Assembly: GCA_001662655.1 (NCBI GenBank)
Contig: KV460222.1
From: Pseudogymnoascus verrucosus
Taxonomy: Eukaryota
Reading direction: 5' to 3' (one strand)
DNA length: 64,000 nt
In this document: one piece after another, positions 38,738-49,053 of the stretch
How the letters are laid out: every line of letters begins with the position of its first letter
Position numbering within the stretch: the stretch's first letter is position 1
Program-made: the position numbers and the translations under genes
Notes under the pieces: generated by a model
Told to the model about the DNA's origin: nothing
Databases searched by the model: none
What the model saw: only the letters and a program-made list of their open reading frames with translations

Positions 38738-38802
38738 CTCACTCACCCTGCTCGCCCTGCTCACCCTTCGCCTCACCCTTCAGGCGGCAATGGGCCCCGA
38801 TT
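38738..38802 (-). mobile_element. transposon-end-like sequence related to 33708-33918
   Basis: ctcaccctgct repeats (reverse complement of agcagggtgag) ending atgggccccgatt; its reverse complement aatcggggcccat resembles aatcggtgccat at 33708. Confidence 0.45.
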
Positions 38803-38886
38803 CCGCGCTATGCCTATTAGCACGATTGAGGCTATCGTCTAGGTATTTAGAAAACAAAATCAAAAATATCAAAAAATAGCAAAAAA

Positions 38887-39005
38887 ACATACAACAGTGG
38901 GTATTCGCTGGTGGTCACCCACCCAACTACTAATCCACCGATCTCAAGCTTGTGTATGGCAGAGCGGACGGGATGCCCAATTCTCTTGAGTCTATGGTCG
39001 TATGT
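38887..39005 (-). rRNA. 5S rRNA gene (dispersed, apparently intact)
   Basis: 119 nt ACATACGACCATAG..CATCCCGTCCGCTC..TTAGTAGTTGGGTGGGTGACCACCAGCGAATAC..GTTGTATGT; complementary termini; followed by a T-run terminator. Confidence 0.97.
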
Positions 39006-39131
39006 AACAGTTTCTCTCTTAATGGGATATAAGTATACCATTATGCGCTAAGGTATATAGATACTTTAGTTACAGTCCTCTTCTACCTTGCACCTTTCCT
39101 ATAAAAGCAGCTAAAAAAGAGAAAAGCAAAA

Positions 39132-39159
39132 ACATACAATAGTAGATATTCGCTAGTAG
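39132..39159 (-). pseudogene. 5S rRNA 3'-terminal fragment, RIP-like mutated
   Basis: acatacaatagtagatattcgctagtag versus acatacaacagtgggtattcgctggtgg: 5 differences, all C>T or G>A; T-run downstream. Confidence 0.75.
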
Positions 39160-39487
39160 GATGGTTGGTTAGCTTAGTGCTTTTACTTGTATTGCCTCTT
39201 CTAGCTCTAAAATCTACATATAGGCCTAGAGTGCACGTAACCCTCTAGGCTGACACTAGAGCCTCCTTACAACTAAATAAACCTGAAAATCAGCGTATAT
39301 AGCTGTGCTTTGCTCATCTCTCCCCTACCTCTCGGCGCAACCAACGCCTAAGTTCTACAGAAACTCACCCTGGATCCTAGATAGACCGACCTCAACTATG
39401 GCGGCACCGTAGACGAGAGGGTCTTCGAACTATGCACAATATTGCTATCGGCTTGGCCGGAGAGAAGAAGGACCTGCGCAAGAGCGA

Positions 39488-40552
39488 TCAGGACAGGCTC
39501 GAGCTCAACACCAAGCGCGATTGGATTGAGGAGGCTGCTGAGCTCGGTATTCGTGGAGCAGCCGCTCGCTGTTGTTCCAGCGCTGTTGAAGCAAACTCTG
39601 CAATCACGTTGTCAGGTTCTCGGCTGTAGTCAATCGTGATGGCACATAACACGGAAGCCGGAAACAACCCGAGCAACCCGTAGACCTTGTCATGAGGAGA
39701 TGAGCAATTCCCACATTGTGCAAGAAGCTTCAGCTCCCGGATGAAAAGCGTCGTTTAGTGAACTTTCTATGTCACCTGGCTCTAGTGTCCTCCAAAGTGT
39801 AATTAATGCTAGGAGGTCCAATTTCGGCCTCAGCTCCTCTAGGACTGTCTAGACTCGGAATGGGTGACGAGAATATCGCCTACAGCTTGAAGAGTCGATA
39901 AGTAGAACACAGACTCTCCCTAATGTACGGTCGATGTCGTAGGGCTGACTGTCAGCTCCTGGATAATCCATAGTCGAGACCAGTACTCCTTCCGAAACAT
40001 GAACGACAACTCTACCCGGACTATATCGCGTAAATGCAGCCTGCCAAATCCCAGTTCATCGTTATCGTCGGAATCTGCGCAGTTGTATTGGTCAAACACT
40101 AGTTCATCGACATCCTCTACTAATTCCTTAAGCTGTTCTTCTTCATCCTCTGCGGCTCCCTAGCTGCGATCCCGGGCCCTAAGAAGCTCCTCTAGAGCGC
40201 CCCTGCCATATTTTCTAAAGATCACCTCGCAAAGAACGAGTCCTTCCCCCGGTTTGTGCAGCCCAAGAATCTTCAGGTCCTCGTGTTCGTTCGTCCAGGC
40301 TATAACGGAAAAAGCCCGCCCAAATATATTCTTCACACGTATCACGTGGCTATTCCGGTCAACGATGTCGGCCTAGTTGATACACAGGGCGTCCGCCAAG
40401 ACTTTCATACCGAGTTTGCATTCGAGAGTCTCCCGTAAGTCCCCCAGAGCCGCCTCTAGATGCTTACTCACAGCCGTGGCAATACCGTCCAGGAAAATTG
40501 TGGCCTTCTCCCCCGCGTAGTCTCCCCATGTATAGCTCAGGCAGGTGTAATC
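39488..40552 (-). pseudogene. HET-domain (het-6-like) heterokaryon-incompatibility pseudogene
   Basis: YTCLSYTWG, ADALCIN*AD (TAG at 40373-40375), YWSRLWIIQEL, CSSPHDKVYGLLGL, IDYS; several stops and frameshifts. Confidence 0.88.
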
Positions 40553-41577
40553 ACAGACAATGCGGGGTAGCTAGGGACGGAGTGAGCTAATGACGCGGGA
40601 ATGGGTCTCAGAACATTACAAGTCCATGTGAGTGAGCCCTAGCAAATATCTGTTGCTAGTATTTTTTGTTTTGCTGTGACTTTGCTTTGGCTGTGACAAA
40701 GGAAGATGGGTCAGTGTGTGTGTGTCGATGTGCTTGTTTAGCCACAGACTAAGAAGGACTGTTTTGAAGTAGGGGGTTGAAGATACTAATGAGATCATTT
40801 CGTAAGTGATAAGAAATTATGTTGAGGTTTGCTAAGATTCCTACCTCGAAAATGTGATGTTGGAGAGATGTATGAGTGTCTAGCTATGGGTCTAGACTCT
40901 ATCCAAGGAGAATCTCAGATAGGTACAAGCATACACCAATTCTGCACGAAAACGGATGTGCCAAGTCTAAGCTTCGCGTTGAAGGCGAGAGCTTGTAGTA
41001 TTGCTGTTTGGTATGCTCCTTGATGGCCATAAAAAGATATTCTAGACGTTAGAGGGGGAAACAAGAGAAAACGTAAAATTTGTGTAAAAAGCCAGAGATT
41101 GTTCTATCTCTGACTGTGAACTATTTGCCTAGGATGTATTTGTGGCTTTTAAATCGATGATTCGATTCTAGGCGAAGGAAGGAGGTTGAGCTGATGATGA
41201 GAAGAGACAGAGGATGTTCTGAGAATAAGAGATTCAATACCAGGGATAGGCGCACTAACAAAACTACATAAGTTGAAATCAGCGTATATTTTGGGACTCC
41301 GGCTGATTGAACATCAGGTATTAATTGGGAGATAATTATACTAAATAGGTGCAGCAATACATGCTATTCTCTCGCCACTCTTCTGGAATCTCGCGGAAAC
41401 GACCACGGAGTCGGCGTGAGCAGAAGTCGACAAACTCCGAAACACATATAACTTTAAATATTAGGGCCAATGGACCGAGTTCATTTATGTACTTCAGCAG
41501 TTATTGCACTCTGTAGATGCAACAATCTGTGGGATACCCTCCTTTAGATAACCATCGATGTAAGCTTTTCCAAAACA

Positions 41578-42605
41578 TTATAACTTTGAGTGTGCTCCAG
41601 AACAAAGTCTTGCACCACCATCCACAGAGATATCTTCGCCGTTTCTGAAGGTTTGTGTTAGCTTTATAAAAGGAATGGCTCCTGGCGTTACTTACATATA
41701 ACTTCCTGCAGGGGAGGCCAAATATACCATCACACCAGCAATATCTTCTGGAATGCCCAATCTCTTCCTAGGATTTGAAGCATTTAATTCCTCCTCCCCT
41801 CCTAACTTCTCAATGAGACCAGCCGCAAGCTTACTCGGGAAGAAACCTGGTGCGACAACATTAGTAGTGATATTGCGAGGTCCGAGTTCGACCGCAAGAT
41901 TTCGTCCCAAATGCTAAATACTTAGTCAGTACTCGCATCCGCAGAAGGATACTTTGGATATACTTACATGTGCAGCAGCCTTGGAGACTGAATACATAAT
42001 CGTGCCATTCTCTCCAACATGAGGGACGTTGACACCAGCCGTCGAGCTGACAATGATAACTCTGCTAGGATCTCTCCGCGTCCCAGCAGCCTCTAACAAT
42101 GGCAAGGATTTCTGCACCAAAGTGAATACTCCTCGAACATTCAAATCTAATATCTTGACACTACTCGCATCAGGCGCATCCTCGAATTTTGAACCCCAGG
42201 TCGCTCCCGCATTCGGGACCAGAATGTCCAATTTCCCTTCAGTCTTCTTGATCTTCTCAACCAACGCAATAATTTCGTTCGTGTTCGCTACATTGGCAGC
42301 AATGCCGACCGCAGATCCACTGATCCCCGGAAGAGCGTTGAGTTTTGCAACGGCTTGATCGATGCCATGCTCACCCCCAGCCTTACGCGCGGTGATGATC
42401 ACCCGGGAAGCGCCAGCTTGGAGAAATGCTGTTGCAGTGTGAAGGCCAAGACCGCGGGAGCCTACCTTGAATGTCAGCTGGAAACTCGGCCTCCCTCACC
42501 TAAAATTAAAAGGGTACAGCCAATAAATGTAGACATACCACCAGTGATGAGCGCAACTTTACCGTCGAGGCGGAACAGTTTATTGAAATCCTGGAATTGG
42601 GACAT
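41578..42605 (-). CDS. short-chain dehydrogenase/reductase, C-terminal PTS1 (-SKL)
   Basis: LDGKVALITG|GSRGLG, NAG, YSVSK catalytic motif, APGFFPS, VDGG; 3 introns; ends AHSKL*. Confidence 0.92.
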
Positions 42606-42794
42606 GATAATGCTAGCTGTGTGCCTCTGGTGGTCCGTTTTGGAGTTGTGGGTGATGTATACTTAGAGTATGGCGGGCAAATCAACAGTCAATTGAAGGT
42701 TCTAGCACAGAGGAAATATCCAAGTTGGAAGAATTGTATTTCTGTGACCTTGAGGGTAAACGAACCCCGAAATACGCCCGATTACTTGGAGTTA

Positions 42795-42897
42795 CCTCGG
42801 AAATGATTAGGCGATGCCTACCGTATTATAGCCACGGCTCGACGCTTTCCGCGCCAAAACATAACCTTTGGACCTTTGGACCTTTGGCTAGCCGAGG
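42795..42897. promoter_or_regulatory. two CCGAGG (FarA/FarB-type) sites in the SDR/CoA-ligase divergent promoter
   Basis: cctcgg 42795-42800 and ccgagg 42892-42897. Confidence 0.5.
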
Positions 42898-43016
42898 CTG
42901 ACCAGCGCAAGGCTGTGGATATCTATGTGTACATAGTTGTCATGATAACCAAGTAACAATATTCTTTTGTACCTAATTTCTTTCCATTCGTGCACGTTAA
43001 TTTCATCCTCATCAAG

Positions 43017-44792
43017 ATGCCGTTCAAATCCCTCCACCCAGATCTAAGTATTCCAGAAACTGACGTCCTAACGTATCTCTTCCCTCCACTTGAGACGCCG
43101 AGCAAAGATCCACTATGGATCGATTCGAAAGACCCAAGCATCTCGCTATCGCCAGCAGAGCTCTTTCTTTGGGTTAGGCGCCTCGCCCTGGGCCTCGAGC
43201 GAACAGGTGCCAAAAAGGGAGAAGTTATTATGATTTACACACCAAACCACATATACGTGCCAGTCGCATATCTGGCGATCTTGAGCGCAGGCTATGCCTT
43301 CAGTGCCGCAAATCCCGCCTATACTTTGCGTGGTGAGAAAGGGGTCTTTCGAGAACATGGAGCATGAGCTAATAAGAACAAGAAATGATCCATCAAATTA
43401 AGAACACCGAAGCAAAGGTAATCCTTGCTCATCCAGATATGATGGAAACTGCGCTCGCGGCGGCCTCAAAATCCGGGGTCCCTTCTTGTCGCATCTTTCA
43501 GTTCTCAGATTCCTACTGCCCCCCACTTAAAGGTATTAAGGACTGGACAACTATGGCTGCTACCCCACAAGAAGGCGAGCGGTATATTTGGAGGAAGCTC
43601 ACGCACAAACAATCCAAAACCGTAGTTGCAACAATCAACTACTCGTCTGGAACCACTGGACCACCAAAGGGAGTTTGCGTCAGCCATCACAACTTGATTG
43701 CGAATGTCGAACAAACGATATACATGCGCTTTCAAGAAAAGCCGTACGCATACGCCAATCGCCCACAAGAGCGATGGATTGGCTTCCTCCCGCTTTATCA
43801 TGCATACGGCCAGCTTTACACAATACTCATGGCCGTGAAATTGAAGATTCCGGTCTACGTTATGAAACAATTCGTTTACCGCGATTTCCTGCAAGCCATC
43901 CAAGATTACAAGATCACAACCCTTCAAGTCGCACCACCGATTTTGGTCATGCTTGCGAAGAGAGCCGAGACAACCGAGTTTGATATCAGTAGTGTGAAGG
44001 ATGTGCTATGCGGTGCAGCGCCGCTGTCAAAAGAGTTGCAGAATGAGTGCATGGCGCGCTTCGGATTTAACGTCGTGCAAGGGTGGGGGATGACCGAGGT
44101 TACATGCGGTGCAATTCATGTGCCTGGGGGGAGGAGAGACGACACAGGAAGTGTGGGTGAGCTGGATCCGAATTGCGAGTGCAAATTGCTGGACGATGAC
44201 GGAAATGAGGTTGGTGTTGGAAAACCAGGAGAGATGTATATCCGGGGCCCAAACGTCTGCCTTGGTTACTGGAAAAACGATGTTGCCACAGAGGAATCAA
44301 TCAGTTCGGATAAGTGGTTAAGAACCGGTGACGTGGCGGTTAGGAATGAAGCTGGATCCTTTTGGATTGTGGATCGTAAGAAGGTTCATACTCGGAACAG
44401 CCCTTCTCTTTGGATACGTTTTGTTGACAACGACAATTTAGGAACTCATCAAGGTAAACGCATTACAAGTTGCTCCTGCTGAGCTTGAATCTGTTCTTCT
44501 TGAGCATGAGGATATCGCTGATGCTGCCGTGGTTGGTATCACCCTACATAGCGAAGAATGGCCAAGAGCATACGTTGTTATGCAAGAGCATGCGAAGGGC
44601 AAGGTAACACCTCACGATATCCAGCAATGGATTAAGCCTAGAGTAGCAAAGCACAAATGGCTTGTAGGAGGAGTAACATTTATCACAGATGTGCCCAAAC
44701 TTGCTAGCGGAAAAATTCAGAGGAAAGTTGTGAAAGATTGGGCAAAGGAAGATGCAAAGATATTAGAGACTAAAACCAAAGCAAGATTTTAG
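43017..44792 (+). CDS. 4-coumarate-CoA-ligase-like acyl-CoA synthetase
   Basis: YSSGTTGPPKG, QGWGMTE, WLRTGD, DRKK|ELIK, SGKIQR; 2 introns; ends KARF*. Confidence 0.93.
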
Positions 44793-46030
44793 AAGCACAT
44801 GAAAAATGAAATCATGTTATTTTTCGAAAGTAATTTCTTTACATTAAAGTTGGCCGCTCCGCCAAAGCAAGTAGCTGTAGTTAGGAATGCATCATCAGGT
44901 GATAAGAAGCCCAATTTTAATGATCAAGACCTCCATCCAAATAGTGTCTCAATCAATTGTGACTCGAATCTTCATCGTCGAAACCAACCTTCGCCTCTAT
45001 ATGGGCCGGGGTACGCAGTTAGCTCTTGCGGAAGCAGTCGGCGTGCACCAGCGGTTGTTCACCGCCACTTGACTATGGCAAATTTTACTATTGTTATAGC
45101 TATGTAAACTCATTCATGGAAGACCCTATACTATCTCAAGCCCCTGAGTGGCTTACTTCATACATCTAGCCTTGAAAACCGGACGTCAATTACTATAATT
45201 GAAGCTGTATCTGCAGCTTGGGAGGCATAAATATAGTAGAGAAAGCTTTGGCTATATAGACTTCTAAAGCTGAGTGGGAAGCCGAGAAACAGCTTTTGAT
45301 GGAAGCCCGAGCCGCTGGCATAGCTGTTGCTCAGTGGGCAACAGAAGCGAGGGTTGGTTCCGACAATGATAAATTCCAGCTCACAAATCTAAATAGCGCC
45401 CGTACGGAACACCAAATTCTGCCAATTTGCATTTATCCTCATCTTGGTGGGTGCGATAAGCAAGGATGTAGAACCCCTGCACTAAAAGCGTTGTCTTGTA
45501 GTTTCCGGGAATGCCAAGAATGCGGGGAATGTGGAGTACGGGTACGTTTTTCCGACCTTGAGGAACTACTTCCCCGCATTTTGTTAGAATAGTGTCGGAG
45601 GCAGCATAGCCTCGACAGTCGCAAAAAGAGGCCCTAGAACAGTTTTGGGATGCCTAGTAAGTGGATATTGTGATATTCCAGGTAAATATCGTTGGATAGC
45701 CGAGTTATGTGGTTCGACTTTGTTGAGGAGCTGAGGAAAAATAGCCGGGATTGGGTTCCTGAGGAAACTCAGAACCCGAATACACTCCGGGCCTGGATAT
45801 GCAAAAGCGAAGTGCAACTCGGAATTATTTAGACTAATTTGATCTAGCATTTGAGTGCCAACTAGTTGACACTATGGGACCCGAGGACCAGCCGAAACTG
45901 GTTCAAATGATCCGTTTCCTCTTGCGGTTCGATTTTCTCATTATCAAGATCGTGTACCTTCGTTCTTTAAGGAGAGAAGATGTCCCTTTGTTGTTTCTGG
46001 AAGTTGTCACAATCAAAGAAAAGAACAACG

Positions 46031-48238
46031 ATGTCTCCATCTGCTGTTCTAAGTAACATTGAACCTGAGAATGCTCCACCGGTCATCTTAAAAGGCATTC
46101 AGGATGACAAGAGTGCATTAGTTGTTGTTGATGACATCGACGGCGCGAAGACTCCATTAGAAGTTACAAATGGCGTAGATATCGCGACTAGTCAATCTGT
46201 TACACCAAATGGCATTAACGGCGCCAATGGGCATGCAGAGTTCTCGTACCCAGAATCAGAAACTCAGGGCCCATACCAGGTTGTGCGCCAGTATCACTCA
46301 AAGCCTTCAAAATTACGCGTCGCTGGTATTGGAGCTGGCGCATCGGGTATGTATTGATGAGGTCTCAAAGTTATCGTATGCCGCTAATAGATCTGCAGGA
46401 ATATGCCTGGCATACAAGATGGAGCAGATGCTCGAAGCTGGCTCATGGGAGTTGACGCTTTTTGAGAAGAACCCACACTACGGAGGAACCTGGTACGAGA
46501 ACACGTAGGTTAATAGAAGTCATAATATTTTCAGGAAACCACGTTAATGTCTTTGCAGATACCCCGGAGTTGCTTGCGATATTCCATCCCACCTTTACAC
46601 GTTCTCTTGGGACCCAAATCCAGATTGGAACCACTACTATGCGTATGGTCACGACATCCAGGCATACTTCGAAGGCTTCGTCAAACGACACGGGACGGAG
46701 AAATATATGCAGTTGAATACAAAGCTAGTTGAATCGGCATGGGATGACGAAGAAGGAATATGGAATATCACCCTTACAAACACCGTGACCGGCGAGATCA
46801 CGAAGGATTGGGCGCACGTTGTTATCAACGGGACCGGAATCTTGAATAACTGGAAGTGGCCAGAAATCGAAGGTCTTCATGACTTCACGGGTCCAATATT
46901 GCACTCGGCTAACTGGGATCATTCCGTGGATTTGGCGGGTAAGACTATCGGTGTTATCGGCACTGGCTCGTCATCTGTCCAAATCGTCCCACAATTACAA
47001 AAGAGAGCAAAGGAGGTTCAGGTGTTTATGAGGAGTCCAACGTGGATCAGTCCTCCATTCGGCGGTGGTAAGTCTCATCACCTAAGAGGGATTATAAAAG
47101 TTCGCTGACGATTAACGTTTCAGGTGTCTTGGAGTCGGAACTGAAGAAGGGTGCAGAGTCGTCGCCTGCTGAGAGACAGTACACATTTACTGAGGAGGAC
47201 AAGCGGAAATTTAAGGAAGATCCGAACCATCTGCTCCTCTTTAGGAAGAAGATTGAGGCCGAAATTAACTCATTGTTCGGCATGTACCAACAAGGATCCG
47301 AAGTCTCACAGAACTTCAGAGAGGTCATCACAGCCGAGATGAACAGACGACTAGGTGAGGGGCATGAAGAGCTGAAGGAGTTCATCATTCCTAAATGGTC
47401 CCCGGGATGCCGAAGAATCTCGCCTGGTGATGGATATCTCGAGGCTTTGGTTCAGGACAATGTTACGCCAGTGCTAAAAAATATCACGAAGGTCAACAAA
47501 GACGGGATTGTGACGGTAGATGGAAAACAGCACTATATGGACGTATTGGTCTGTGCAACGGGCTTCCAGGTTGCCTTCAAGCCTGCCTTCAAGATAATCA
47601 ATGGCCGAGGAATAAGCCTTGATAAGGACTGGGGCAGTGGAGTAAATCTTTACATGGGCCTGTCCGCTCCTCGTTTCCCCAACATGTATACCATTGTGGT
47701 ATGTATACTGCTGGACTAAAATTACCTTCCCCTGCTAACCCATGTATAGGGACCAGGCGCAACGTGGAGTAGTGGTACCTTATTGCCTTCCATCGAGACC
47801 TCTGTGGAGTATGCCGTTAAGATGATGCGAAAGATCCAGACGGATAAAATCAAGTCCATAGCCGTCAAGCAGGATGCCCTCGACGATATCTATAGCCACT
47901 TCGACGAGTTCCATAAGACCACCGTGTGGCAAGAAGAATGCCGAAGTTGGTTCAAGGACGGCAAGAGCAAAAACCGAATCTACCTATGGCCTGGCTCGGT
48001 ATGTTGAGGTCATCTCCTAGCGTCGTTGTGGCGACACTGCTAATATATCACATCACAGACCATCCACTTCCTCAAGACCATCAAGGATCCGCGTTTCGAG
48101 GATTACGATATCAAGTATCGCCATAAAAACCGATTCGCATTCCTGGGCAACGGAGAAGTCAAGGCGCACACGCAGCAAAGCGTAGAGGGATTGGCTCCAT
48201 ACATTCGTTCCAGCGACCACGATTGGTGTGTCGGGTAG
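46031..48238 (+). CDS. Baeyer-Villiger-type flavin monooxygenase
   Basis: GAGASG, GGTWYENTYPGVACDIP, FTGPILHSANWD (FxGxxxHxxxWD fingerprint), GTGSS, CATGF; multi-exon. Confidence 0.93.
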
Positions 48239-48763
48239 GCGGTTGTATTTATACACAACAACTCCTTATTCGCGTCAGCCCGTGCGTGTCTGTGTGTACA
48301 GAGTAGCCAATGATCCATCCCCATTTGTACATACATTTATAGGGATTTAATAGAGGAGTCCCTTCTATTGAATGAATTGCGTATAATTATTCAGTAAACA
48401 TATACAAGTTATGCGGATACCGAACTTTGCTTCCTCTAACCTAAAGCGTTTGTCACGACTGTTAGCGATTCGTTAGCTGAAGAATTTAAGACAGATTAGG
48501 GCTAATCAGAGCCTTAGCTTCCCCCAGAGTGCCCTAGATCTAGCCACTAACTACATACTAGCGAAATCGGCCCAGTCTAGACAGATGTTCCATGAATCTT
48601 CAAGAGCCCCTTACCACTTCCATCTGGCCGGGACCTAGCCTTGGTACTTGCATTACGCTGCCACTCGGCTCCCCGCTTCCCCGCTTCCCCAAGCTCAGGT
48701 CCCACCCATCCGCTTTGTTCTCCCCTTCCCTAACAATTTACACCACGTCGCGCCGTCTCGTCC

Positions 48764-48947
48764 CTTCCCTCCTCTGTGCTTCTTCTTCTGTCTCCGTCTC
48801 AACCTCCATTTTCGTGCAGCCTCGCCCCTTCCCTCCTCTGTGCTTCTTCTTCCGTCTCCGTCTCAACCTCCATTTTCGTGCAGCCTCCTTCCCTCCTCTG
48901 TGCTTCTTCTTCCGTCTCCGTCTCAACCTCCATTTTCGTGCAGCCTC
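48764..48947 (+). repeat. 60-bp pyrimidine-rich tandem repeat x3
   Basis: Units 48764-48823, 48828-48887, 48888-48947; units 2 and 3 identical, unit 1 differs at one base. Confidence 0.95.
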
Positions 48948-49053
48948 TCTCAATTACAGCCGTGCCACATTCGCTTTAGGCGCCTGAAATACATCTTCCG
49001 ACTTTCTGAGAAAGGACTCCTAACCCCACCGTGATTGGGAAGTGACCGAGGCA

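Noticed and set aside
33688..41400. A complete Starship or autonomous transposon
   Set aside because: No DUF3435 recombinase, transposase or reverse transcriptase is recognisable in the window
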